Source: the human T2T-CHM13v2.0 reference genome, Homo sapiens | Reading direction: 5' to 3' (one strand) | DNA: 64,000 nucleotides | Assembly: GCF_009914755.1 (NCBI RefSeq) | Contig: NC_060939.1 | In this document: in pieces, positions 28,961-43,511 of the stretch | Numbering within the stretch: position 1 is the first letter of the stretch | How the letters are laid out: every line of letters starts with the position of its first letter | Program-made: the position numbers and the translations under genes | Notes under the pieces: generated by a model | Seen by the model: only the letters and a program-made list of their open reading frames with translations | Told to the model about the DNA's origin: nothing | Databases searched by the model: none

Positions 28961-29974
28961 GCAAGACGAGCACCAGGAGAGGGTGGGGACGTTCATCAAC
29001 AAATACTTATTCAGCAGATGTCGAGTGCTATTGGGGAACTATAAAAGACACAGGCACTGTTCTGGAACTTTCCATCTTTGGTGGAGAGGCCAACATCCAC
29101 AGTCAACAGCCATATCCACCTACCATCTCAACATGAGATGTATGTTTGAAGGGAAGAACGAGGTGCTCTGAGGTACAGTGATAGAGAGGGAGGGCAGGGA
29201 GGTAACAGCTTTGGCCAGATGAGAAGGGAGGGCCTGGCGCACACAGAGGGTGCGGTCACACAGCCAGGCGAGGTTGGAGGCTGGCCCTAGGCCTTTCCAG
29301 AGCTTTTGGATGAGCAGCCAGCTCCCAGGATGGCACTGCAGGTCCTCACGTGGGTACGCAACCTTCCAGGCCATTGCTGTGACTGTAGAGAAGGAAGGGC
29401 TGTCATTTAAACTGAGAGTTAAAGGATCATTCGTGGTTTGCCAGGCAGGGGTGGCATAGGAGAGGTGTGGGAGTGCATTCCACAAAAAGGGAACAAGTGT
29501 TGTTTCCAAGAAAAGGAAAAAAGCCTGTGTTCTATTGAGTTAGGGACCCATTTAGGGTGGGGTGTGCCCTCTAGCAACAACCTTTGGAACCATAATACAT
29601 AGCCAGCATTTACTGCCGGACACTCCACTAAGGTCTCCGTACACTCAGCTCATCTAGTCCTCAGAACAACCCAAGGGCATGAATACTTTTGTTAGCCATA
29701 TTTTTTCCAGATGAAGATACTTCTCTCTTTCTCAAACAGGCCAAGCTCACCCTTGCCCCAGGACCTTTGCACGAGTACTGCTAGGGACCCAGAGTAGACT
29801 GGGGTGGGACTAGGACATAGTGGCCTGTGCCCACTGCCCAGAATGCCCTCTTCCTGACTTCCCCTGTCTTCCTGAGCAGGTCTTAGCTCAGATGTCACCT
29901 CGTATACAAGATCATCCTTGGCCTCTGTGTCTAGCCCCTGTCTCACCTACTCTGTCACATCCCCTGCTCTTTTG

Positions 29975-30295
29975 AAATATTGACCCCTTCCTGAAATCAC
30001 CCCATGGTGATTATTTGTTGTTGTACTGACAGTCTGACTCCCCAAGTGGGATCAATCAAAATATTGATCTTTCCCTGAAATCGACCCACGGTGATTATTT
30101 GCTATTGCGCTAATGGTGTGACCTCCCAAGTGGAATCAATCAAAATATTGATCCCTCCCTGAAATCACCCCCTGGTGATTATTCGCTGTTGTGCTAATGG
30201 TCTGACTCCCCAAGCGCAATCAATCGAAATATCCCTTCCTGAAATTACCCCATAGGGACTATTTGCTGTTGTGCTGATGGGCTGACTCCCCAAGC
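29975..30295. repeat. Minisatellite, ~4 diverged copies of an 84-bp unit
   Basis: aaatat(tga) recurs at 29975, 30059, 30143 and 30227; each unit carries cctgaaat, tattt/cgc/ttg/attg and cccaag. Confidence 0.9.
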
Positions 30296-31799
30296 AGAAT
30301 GTGAGGCCTGTGAGAGCTTGGCCATGTCTGTCTTGCTTAGTTCCTACCTTCAGTGCCTGGAACACACAGCCAAGGAGCTCAATAAATTCATTGTTGAATG
30401 ACTGGATATAACTTGTCTAATGTCAAAAGCTAATAAGTGGAGGAGGCAGGACTTGAATCCAGGTTTCTCTGACTTCTGGACACCTGCTCTTAACCACAGT
30501 GACACTCAATTTGCGTGCTCAAGGGGCTTGGGCCCTGTTGTGAGAGCAGGGTTATTGGAGGTGCCGAAGAGCAAGAGCGAACAGGAAAGAAGCCTGGGCC
30601 CTGAGCGCTGGTGCAGTTAACGATTGAGAATATAGGGCTTCAGACACGCTCCAATCTGAGCTCCAAGGCTGAGTCTTCCTGGGAGGGCTGGGAGGGTTCC
30701 AGCCTTTCAGAGAGGCCTGCAGGACATTGTTGAGAACACACAGTTCAATGAGTATAACCTGCCAGTCAGAGACAGTTGATTTTTGTCCCTCTCATTCCCT
30801 GCCTTCAAGGCAGAGGGGAACGGTGAAAGGAGTTCTAGTAGCTCTTGCCTTTACCCCTTACTGGCCCTGAGGCCCTGGGCAAGTCACTCCAAGATGAGGC
30901 CTTGACCTCCTCATCTGTAGCCAGAAGAGGTTGGGTTATGACAACTCTAATATGGTTTCTGGTTTTAAATACTCCACTATAGTGTTGGTCAATGAAGGCA
31001 GGGACTATGTATTATAGATTTTATTATTCATGACATCTCTTAGCTAGGGCCCAGCTAAGGCCCAATAAATAATTGATGAATGAGAATGAATTAATGAATG
31101 CATGCATGAATGAATGAATGAGAAGACTAGAACATTGTGTCTGTATATAAGGGCTTACAATCCAGTTGAAAGAGAAGATATATCGTGCAACAGCAGGTAC
31201 TCAGTAACTATTTATTCTGGTTGGAAGACTGCTCTATACTTCATAGGAGGCAATACTGCCAGAAGAAAAAGCCAAACTTCCCTGTGCAGAAGATGAGCAA
31301 ATAGGATACTGTGCAGAGGATCCTATTTGCAGAGGATGGATTGTGCAGCAGAACTAAGCATAAAGGACGAGAGAGAAGAGTGATCAGCACTTTGGAGATA
31401 AGTAGAGGAGCGGTGGGAAAGGCGGGGGAACAGGGCCCAGTCCCAAGACACGAATAAGGAGGGCTTTCATTTCTGTTTTTTATGAGAATTTGATTTTTCG
31501 AGACGGTAACTGCAGCAGCATTAACCGCAGGGAGAGAACAGAAAGGCCTAGGCTCACAGGTTATGAGGCTACCCCTGGGTACTAGTGGGGACCCTGGCTA
31601 GATTGGGCTAGGACTAGAGGGTAATGGCCTTCAAAGTAAGGTCAGGGGGTTCAGCTCCACATATGCAGGAGGCAACCAGGAGCCATTATAAGACTACCCT
31701 GATAAAGCCAGAGTTTAAGCTCTGTAGCCTAACGGTTGCTTCCAGGAGACTGAAACATCAAAGCTTCTCAGGTTCTGACCTTAGAAAAGCTAAGAATGT

Positions 31800-32050
31800 T
31801 AGTGGAATAGCTCAGAGCCAGAGCTGGAGCCAGATGGTTTGTGTCTCGGCTCTTCCGCTTACTAGCTGTATGCCCCTGGGCAAGTTATCACTTTGTGCCA
31901 CAATTTCCTCATTTGCAAAATGGGGACAATAATAGTATTAACCTCATAATGTTATTAGGAAGATTAAATGAGTTAATGTATATAAAGTGCTTAGAAGAGG
32001 GCTTGACACATTGTAAGTGCTATACTGGTGTTAGCTATTATTGTTGTTGT
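31800..32050. mobile_element. MIR
   Basis: ctgggcaagtta...tttcctcatttgcaaaatgggg...gattaaatgagttaatgtatataaagtgcttagaa. Confidence 0.8.
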
Positions 32051-33958
32051 TTTCAAAAGTCGGGAAGGAGAAACTTTATTTTAGACCAAAAGGAAATCTA
32101 AGTGGAAGTGTTCTGTATTCATTTGGAAACACTAACTTAGATCTGAAGAGAAGAGTCAGAACTGAAAGAGACCTAAATGTCAATTGTGCAACCAGCATCT
32201 TCTATGAAGTCTGATGTTCCATTGCCTCAAAAGCAAGCAGTTTCTTTCCTTCCAGCTGCCTCTCATTTTCTCACTTAAGAGTTAATGCTGCAGTATCTTC
32301 TCTAAAAGTGAAATTCTTATAAAAACAGAAATGAAAGCCCTCCTCCATATTTGTGTCTCAGGACTGGGTTTTGTGTGACACTCTCTGGCCCCTTTCCCCC
32401 GCCTTAGCAACAAATGATACTGCTGAAAATAAAACATCCTCCCTCACCCCATGTTGTGAAGATGAGAGTTGACCTCAACCCCGAGATATCACACAACTCC
32501 AAACTCAAATGCTGATGAAACTGTTTGTTTTGAGTGGGCGACACCAGAGAAAAACAGTAGAGAGCTACTCCTAGCACAAGTTACACAGGCAGAGTCCGGC
32601 CTTTCTTCTCTGGCAGAATGTGCCGACTCAAAGCCAGCCAGGGGTCCAGATCACATAGTGTCATAGTGTCACTGTGCACGGCTAGCATCCCTGACCTTCC
32701 CTGGGACAGGGCAGGGTAGAAAATGCCACACACAGGTTCCTGATGGTGAATCACTAGGTGATATTTAATTTCTGACATATCACGGCGAAAGCACAGCCAG
32801 GGCAATTTTACTGACAAAGACGAGGGGATGCTTTGTCAGCACTATAGTGGACAAGAGGGCAAAGGCAGACTCTATGTAGACAAAATGTCCCCCAACCCTT
32901 TCTTAATGAAAGCCATAAAATGATCATGCATTTCCCAACCACAGTAAAACTACAGCCTCAAGCAAAGGCCTTGAATAGTGTTAAATACCTGACCCTGTGG
33001 GGGGCGCATTACAACAGCTGCCAGGCAGCAGGAACATTTCCCTGTTTCACATATGGCCTTTCCGAGAAAGAAAAGACATAAGAGGAAGAAAGAAAAGAAA
33101 GGAAGGGGAAATAAGATGATGATGCAGAAGGCTGTTTGTGACTAGAATAAATGCCTGAAAAAGATATCCTTGCAGGAACCAGCAGATACCCTTTCCCTGA
33201 GCACTGCTAAAACTGGGTCATGTGAGACCTTTCGAAGGTGTCAGTTACACTTGGTGCACTGTGCAGGCTGGACTCTATGGCAATGCCCTCGTTTTTTGTC
33301 TCCTTCAGATAATGTGCCAAATTGCCTATTTAAAACACTGACAAAAGAACGTCTTCTCACAAAGAGGGCCGGGCAGAAGGGCTCTTCTCAAGTGAGTGAA
33401 CCACTTTCCACCAAGATGGCCTGATGACTGAGGGCCCGGAGGAGTCAATGCAATGGGATTTTGGTGCTATTGTGAGGGAGGTATTACAAGCCATAACCCC
33501 TCAAAGAGGCATGATTTGACCCCCATATCACTGAATCCATGGCACAGCCAGTGCTGACAGTGGAGGGGCCCCCTGCTCCTCTTCACATCCTCTTCTACTG
33601 TGCTCCCCCAGTTCCACTGGACGGGCAGCCGCCACCCAAGCTTACCACTGGTAGTGGTGAGGACCCTGGGGCTTCTGATTCCCAACTGTAGCTGAATTTC
33701 ATAGTTTTCACTAAGGTTTTTTTTTATTGGTTGGTTGAAATCTAGCAAATTGTTTTTGTTCACTACAGTTTTCTTCTAACAGTGATCGACACTTTGAGGC
33801 TTTTCCATGCACTGCTGTCTTCCTTAGAATAGTCTGCAGACAGTTCCTTGAATATGGAATATGAACATGAATATGGAAGAGCAGAAACCATTTTGAATAT
33901 TTATTACTCCTCTGGGGTAAATGAAAGGTGCTAAGAGCTCCAGGTTTACGTTTTAGGG

Positions 33959-34431
33959 TAGGGGTCCCCAGCCCCCAGACCCGTATCGGTCCATGACCTG
34001 TTAGGAACTGGGCCGTACAGCAGGAGGTGAGCGGCAGATGATTGAGCAAAGCTTCATCTGTATTTACAGCCACTCTCCAGTGCTCACATTACCGCCCGAG
34101 CTCCCTTCAGATCAGCAGCAGCATTAGATTCTCATAGGAGTGCAAAGCCTATTGAGAATCTAATGCCTGATGATCTGTCACTGTCTCCCATCACCCCCAG
34201 ATGGGACTGTCTAGTTGCATGAAAACAAGCTCAGGGCTCCCAGTGATTCTACATTATGGTGAGTTGTATAATTATTTTGTTATATATTACAACGTAATAA
34301 TAGAAATAAAATTCACAATAAATGCAATGCATTTGAATCATCCCCAAACCATCCCTCCCCACACCCCGGTCTATGGAAAAATTGTCTTCCACAAAACTAG
34401 TCCCTGGTGCCAAAAAGGTTGGGAACCACTG
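33959..34431. mobile_element. MER1A (hAT-Charlie) DNA transposon
   Basis: Termini taggggtcccca...ttgggaaccactg; 8-bp TSD ttttaggg at 33951-33958 and 34432-34439. Confidence 0.88.
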
Positions 34432-34579
34432 TTTTAGGGAATAATTAATCTGATAGCAATGCAGGGCATTTGGGTATGAACTGTGGGGTATCACGTTAAT
34501 TGATCCATATCTGGCAATAGCTTTGTACAGTATTAGAAATAACTTCCCCTCTCAAGGACCCTGTATAACTGTATACTCA

Positions 34580-35560
34580 AGAGTTCTAGTAGCCTTTTTA
34601 TAGATTCCTTGAGATTTTCTACATAAACAATCATGACATCTGCAAACGGTCTTCATCCTTTCCAATCTGTATGCCTTTTAGTTATTTTTCCTTGCATTAT
34701 TGCACTGGCTAGGACCTCCAGTAGAATGTTAAATAAAAGTGATAGGGTTAGATACCCTTATCTTGTTTCTGATATTAGGGAGAAAACATTCAGTCTTTCA
34801 CCATTAAGGATGATGTTAGCTGTAGGTTTTTTTGTAGATGTCCTTTTCCAGACTGAGGAAGTTCTCTTCTATTCCTAGTTTGTTGACAAATTAAGAATGG
34901 GTGCTAAATTGTATCAAATGCCTTTTCTATATCATTGAGATGATCATATAATTTTTCTTGGTTAAATTGCTAATATGCTGAGTTACATGAACTGAATGAT
35001 TCAAATTTTGGACTCTCAGCAGGCACAGAGTCAGGCAGTTAAATCACTGGCAGTTAGGTTTCATCCTTTAGAAACTTGTGTTGAAACTTTGTAATGATGG
35101 GTCCACCGCAGCCTTTAACCTGGGGCTAATTTAGCCCCACTACTAAAACTAGACTTTTTCAAGGACTCTACCCAGTATTCAGTATTTGATGAGATTTCCC
35201 CATGGTGGCCGTGGGAATGAGGACTTTTTCCTGTGTGAGCCCTGATAATTTTATAGTGAACAGTCTGTGAATTCCTTTCCCAGCCCTCTGGAATTCCCTC
35301 ATGTGTAGAAGTCATCCTTCAGTCACAGGTTCAAGGGAGCCCTCTGCAGATCTGCAGGGCTGTTTCACGCAGCTGTCTCCTCTCTGCTCTTCTATCTTGC
35401 AAATTCTAGCCGTCTCCTTCTCCCCAAACTCTGATTTTTGGCCCCTCAACTTAGTGAGATTGACAGGCTATTTGAGATCCTTCTCCCTGTGCCACTGGGA
35501 ACTACCTCCCAGCAGTGAACTGGGACAATCCAAGGGTGCTTTCACTGCTCAGGGTCCAAG
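34580..35560 (-). mobile_element. Old L1M fragment
   Basis: Antisense ORF2-like text aaacaatcatgacatctgcaaa, gcactggctaggacctccagtagaatgtt, tcattgagatgatcatat. Confidence 0.75.
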
Positions 35561-36071
35561 GCTGACACAAGCTGTTACTTAGACCTTGACTGGTTTCTAG
35601 CAATGTGCGGAGGACAGCAATTTCTGTAGTCACAGCTCCCTGTGAACAGAGGCAGAAATTTCACCCACTACCTTTTGTTCACCATCCCTATTAATGGTTG
35701 TCTTAAAGCAACTTTACCTGTTTTGCTATTGTGATTGAAAGTATTTTGCATTGGAATGTCACAGAAAAGGGCATTGGAGATGGAATCAGAGGTGCTTTGC
35801 TCTCTGACTTGGCAGCATCTGTTATAACCACTGTAGGCCTTAGTTTCAATATCTATAAAATGAGAGTAAGGATGACTGCCTAGCCTACCACTCCAATATG
35901 TTGTGAGGAATAAACTAAATAATGTATTTAACACTCACTATTATGGCAGCAGACACACACCTCTGAGCATCATGGTTGCAGACTTCTCATTAGGCCTTCC
36001 TTACCTTCTTTCCACTGTTGCTGCCATCGCCCCCTCTTGTGGTTCACTCCTCTCTCCAACCTGTTGGCTCA

Positions 36072-36440
<369 letters not shown>

Positions 36441-36539
36441 TTAATGAACGTATGGTCACACTGCTGCTCTAAAATGGTTATGAAATGCTGTGTGTTTGGT
36501 ATATAAAACTGCTTCCCTGGAAAGCACAAAGCACAGTAA

Positions 36540-36914
<375 letters not shown>

Positions 36915-37188
36915 TGAGCATGTTACTCCATGTGGCAAGACCAGATCTGGGATCTAAGTATAAGTGGTTCAGGTAATTGGGTCTAAAAGCCATGACCCAA
37001 TTTCAATATTTCTTTTCCAAGATATATTGAAATCCAGCACAATCCAGAATAAGACAAGTAAGCAGGCAACTTACGACACCTCAGAGGACAACTGACAGGA
37101 AGCACAAGCGTTTGCTTCACTGATGAGGTTGAGCCATCCTCAGACCCTGATCCTAATGGCCTTTTTTCTTAGAATTGGGGCAAAATAT

Positions 37189-38139
37189 TGTTGTGCCAAG
37201 CCCTGGTCGACCTCAGTAGGGATGGCAACAGATTCAAGAGCCAAAGAAGAGACCCAGGGCCAGCAAATGTGACATGGGGCTTTACTGGGGGCTTCATAGA
37301 GAGGAGAGAGTCCAGTGGTGGCAGGCTGGACAGGAGAACCACTTTAGGACAAAAACAGCCCAGGGGCCTTGGGCTAGATGAGCTAACTCTCTTACGTGCA
37401 GCCCAGGGGCAGTGGACTGAGCAGCCACTTGCAAACAGCATGCAATTTACCTGGCATTTTCGCTTAACACCTGTACTAGTCTGTTCTCACATTACTATAA
37501 ATTACCTGAGACTGGGTAATTTATATATTTAAAAAAAAGGTTTAATTGGCTTATAGTTCTGTAGGCTGTACAAGAGGCATGATGCTGGCATCTGCTCAGC
37601 TTCTGGAGAGGCCTCAGGAAACTTGTAATCATGGCAGAAGGTGAAGGGGGAGCAAGTACATCACATGGCGAGAGTAGGAGTGAGAGAGAGAGAGCAAGAG
37701 TGGGGTGTGAAGTGCCACACACTTTTAAATGACCGAATCTCGCAATAACTCACTTATTACCAAGGAGATGACCCAAGCCATTCATGAGGGCTCTGCCTCC
37801 ATGATCCAAACACCTCCCACAGACCCCACCTCCAACACTGGGGATTACAATTCAACATGAGATTTGGGTGGGATATCCACACCACATCAGCCCCCTCCCC
37901 TTAACCACCTCCACCTGGCAACCTTAACTTAACCCAAAACTCAGGGCCCTAATTGCCTGCACGGCCCCTGTTCCGTGGGATGGGCCAGGGGCGCAGATGT
38001 TCCTCAAAACAAAGAACAAAGCTCTGGGTTGGCAACTCCCAGATTCCCTAGCTCTGAGCAGACATTCAGATGCATCTGCCATCCAGGATCATTCTAAGGA
38101 TACACTTCAGTTATTGCCATCAGGGGCATTTCCCCTACA
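37189..38139. mobile_element. ERVL solo LTR (LTR32/LTR47-like) interrupted by an MSTA/MSTB LTR (37472-37889)
   Basis: Outer TG...CA with 5-bp TSD aatat/aatac; the inner tgtactagtctgttctcac...ggcatctgctcagcttctggagaggcctcaggaa...cacatca is MST-like. Confidence 0.7.
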
Positions 38140-39034
38140 AATACAGTGGCTGCTTTTCCAGCTCAGGGGAAAAGCAGACAGTTGGTATTTGTGGGAGAAG
38201 AGGGTAAGGGGCAGAAAGCCACAAAGACAATAGCACAGAGGAAAGAGCAGGTGACAGCTGACTCTCATGGAGGAGCAGGAGGCAGAAGAATTTTTAAAGC
38301 ACAGTACTTTGGAGATCACCTATATGATAAAAATATAACATGTGAACATAACTATATAGTCAGTAAAGATTTAGCAAATACCAGAGAACACCATTTCTGA
38401 ATCAGAGACTTTGCTAGTAGCTGGAAATGAGGAAGACTTATCTGTCCTCAGGAAGCTAGGATGATGCTAAATGTTCAGAATGACCCTGAATCAGTTGCCC
38501 ATCCAACCGTCTATCCATCCATTCAGACTTGATTGAGTGCCTATTGTTTACCAGGCACTGTGCTTAGACCCACGTATCAAGGAAAGATTGAACTGGGTTT
38601 AGTACATTTTGTTTCATTAACAGCAGATGTTGCTATGCAAAACATGTATAATTTAAGACGTGTTTTGACAGGGTAATATACATAAATGTATTTGAAAAAT
38701 ATAAAATTTTATTACACTTCTGTTACGTAGGAAATCTACACATCCAGAGTACCACGTTCCTCCACGCTGCTGACCAAGTGAGGGGTGATGACAAACCCTT
38801 CAGAAAAGCACCATCCCTTATGAACCCCAATTGAAAAGACCAGGTCAGAGCAGAGGGTGTCCCCTGGAGGAGAGTGGAGAGGGCGTAGGAGGTTGGGCCA
38901 CATCTGCTCTGCCTGCAGATCTCTGCCCCTTCCTGGTGGACAGAGAGCTGCCTCCAGCTTCTGTGGCCCCACTTGTCCACTTGTAGAGAGACTGAAAAGG
39001 TCTGGCTGTGAGGAGGCAGCTAAAGAGACCTTAG

Positions 39035-39484
<450 letters not shown>

Positions 39485-39769
39485 TGAAAGTTCCCTTCTT
39501 GCAAACTTCTCACAGGAGTTCTTTGTAGTCTGCCCCAGGGCTGAGGACCAGGGACAGTTTTAGAATTAGGCCTCCCACTCCCCTTCCCTCCTTCTGCTTC
39601 CTTCATTTACCAGCAGACCAGTCCTCCTCCTTGCTCTGTCCGCCATCCCTCCCCCCTGAAACAGTATGGAAAGCTAAGCTGCTAACTTTTTGCACTCTTG
39701 AGAAGTGAGAAGCTTGAATGATGCTCAGGAGATGAAGGGGAAGTTTGGATTGGTTAGGTCCTCACGAAT

Positions 39770-39990
39770 AGTAACAACAGTGCTACATTAAGCCAGGCAC
39801 AGGGCTATGTGCTTATTTAATTCTCACAACAATCCTATGATATTGAAATCATTATTGTGTCCAACTTACAGCTAATAAAACTGATACCCCAAAGAGCTAA
39901 GGAACTTGCCCAAGGTCCCTCCAGGAGTAAGTGGCGGAGCTACGATTCAAACCCAGCTCTGCCTAACTGTAAAGTCCCAGCTCTCAGGGC
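39770..39990. mobile_element. MIR
   Basis: tttaattctcacaacaatcctatga...aacttgcccaaggtc...gattcaaaccca. Confidence 0.75.
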
Positions 39991-41897
39991 ATCTTCCATT
40001 TAGATAGAAATTCACACTTTGAGACCTGACCCAAGGTCAAGCCAACCAAGAGCAAGGAATACTTGACCTCTGGTGGACTTGTTCTTTAGCCAATTTGTGG
40101 CACAGTGGCCACAGGGTTGAAAGCTAACTGGAAATCAAGGATTTTATTAATGGAAAATACTTCTAGGGTGATGCTAGGACTTCTCTCCCAAAGGGGTGAC
40201 CTAGGATCCGTCATCTAACTGAAACTATGAGGAGGGCCACTTGCGGCCATCTCCTCAATGGCACTCATAAGGAGGATCCTCACTGGAATTTCTCAGCCTT
40301 GCTGTGGCCATTGCTGTCATTTTCCTAAACAGTCTTGAGTTCTGTTTGGTGCACTGTTCTTTCTGGAAGACGTTTGGGGGCGCACGGTCAGCTGTCAAAA
40401 TGGGCGAATCTGTGCTTTCGAAGATGGCACCATCCCCCTCCCCAACTCAGTGGAGCCTGATTATAATTCTGCAATGTGAGACCACGGCACAGCTGCTCCT
40501 CTGCTGGGCTGCCGTGCAGTGCCTCCCCAGCCATTAGCATCGGCCCTTTGCTCAGCTTCCCTTGAAGAATGAACTGAGCGAGACCTCCCCTGAGAGAAGG
40601 GGGCTCTGACCCGAGCTTTTGCAGAATTCTAATTTGCCACAGGCTCTGCCAGCCAGTGACGGCCCTTGTCTGGAGAAGCAGTCTCCTGGGCTTAGCCTAA
40701 TCTACCAGGGGGCTGGATCGGCAGGGGCTGGATGCAGAGCAGGGAAAATGGCTTTAAATGAAAGGCATTATCTTCCATTCTGCCTCCTAGAAAGGAGTCT
40801 TTGGTTGCCAAGCATTTGCATCTGAACTTGGCCCTCTCTCCTGCTCCAACTCCACATCTTTAATACCCTGTAGTTCCCTAAGTGGAAACCCCAGTTGAAA
40901 CTCCGGGGGCAGCAGGGTTGCCCATGGGAAGTTGTAACAGATCCCCGACACCACTCTCATCAGGTGACAGAAGGACTTCAGGGAAACACAGGCTTATCCA
41001 GCTAGAAGGAAGCTTAGAGATCATGGAGGGTCGGGCTCCCTTATTTTACTGATAAAGGAGCCCTTCAGATTACCCTCAAGATTTCCATCAAGCAACCACA
41101 AGGTGATTTGAACCCCTCAGGATTTGAGTGGGCCTGAGGTTCAGTCCATGTCCTGTCCTCTTCATCCTGGCCACATTCATCCTCCTCCCTCCTCTCCCTC
41201 AGGTTTGCTTCTGCTGCCCTAAGGCACCTCTTCACCAAAGGTCTAAATTCAGCCCATTCATTAAGGGGGACACTGATAACCTGAGGAGGATGAGTCACAG
41301 CTCAGCTGTAGCCCCAAGCCAAATTGAACCAGGCCCCTGTCAAGGACCTGTGTTTCTCTAGGCTCTTAGACAGAGACAGTGGGGAAATGGTCATGAGGGG
41401 ACTCCCATGTCTCTAGGCTGGATGGAATCTAGATTACTTCTTCCTCTAAATCGGTGTTTCCCTGCCTGATGTCTCTCCCAGGAAGATGCTGCATAAAGTG
41501 GACCACCCCATTCTCTGGGGCTGCTACTTCACAGCTTCCACCAGCTTCCCTGAAAATGAAAATCCTTCCAGAACAATGCAATCATGATAGTGATGCCACC
41601 TGCCAGACAGGCCAGGAAGGCATCAGCAAGCCTCTCATTTCCCCAAATTGCTGAGGCCTTGAACAGGCTGGCTCAGGCCACTTTGTTGCTTTTACTGACG
41701 TCCTTTTGGGATTGTATTATCTTAGCAACTGTACTCCTGAAAAGCTTCCTGGGAACTCAACAAGCAGGGCGAAGAATTTGGAAGGCTATGATTTGGAGTT
41801 GCTTGAAAGCAAGCAACCAAGGAATCTGGTGATCTATTGCAAGGGATGTTTATGAGACTAGAGTCTGGAATGAGGTGGGGAAGAGCAGCAGCTATAA

Positions 41898-42435
<538 letters not shown>

Positions 42436-43331
42436 TGAACATGCTGGTGGCAAGCCTTGAAGTTCAGGTCACAGGGGCATGAGGAGGGTAACCCAGATAT
42501 CGCCTGTTTTAGGACAAGTATCCAGAAGGAAACAAATAGCATTATGACTGCAGGCCTCATAAACCTCCAAACCATAATGGGAAAAAAATGTCAGAGATGA
42601 AATCCTTGTACACCATCCATCTTTCTCTAAGGTTGCCGCCCTCCCAGAAGAGTACTTTTGGCCATCTTTCCCAGCCACCTGTTGGACAGAGAGCCCAGGG
42701 AGAAGGTGAAGTTCCACCTTGCAGTCACACTCTATCTGAGCAGGTCCCTAGTTGTACTGTCCCAAAGAGATGTGGTCAGGAATTGCTAGTGGTAGTAACA
42801 GCGGCCTCATTAAAGGAGGGGTCTGGCCATAATCACTGGTTGGAGAAATAGCTGAGAAGAAATCAGTTCTTTATTTCATCAAGGCCAGTTATTCAATTGG
42901 GAACCTGGTAATAACTGCCCAGATTACCAGGATTCGGGGACTCAAAAAGAAAGTAATATTGTTCATTAGTAGTGGCTGCTGCACAGTGCAGGAAGAGGTG
43001 GGAGGAGGCAAGAGGTGATTGCCCAAGCGCCAAGTATCTGCTATTCCTGTTGAAGGCCTATGCCACTCTCATAGAGAGTTTGATAAACAGTATAGAGTGG
43101 GGTGGGAGAGGGTGATACATAGTTCTCCCAGGAGCAGCCAGGCCAGTTCAATGCCTACCACATTTGAAAGACATTTCAGAAATCCATATGGAGAATTGGA
43201 CTTTGAGCTTGGGAGTCTTAGACTCTTCACACTGGACAAGGGACCTTAGGGAACATTTCACTCTCAACTTCCCGCCTTTGAAATTCCTCCCAAGGACTCC
43301 CTCCCAAGCTGTGATTGCTGGAGGTAGGTAA

Positions 43332-43511
<180 letters not shown>

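Noticed and set aside
29975-30295. Regularly spaced repeats resembling a CRISPR array
   Set aside because: Whole units are homologous with no unique spacers, there are no cas genes, and the context is a human intron.
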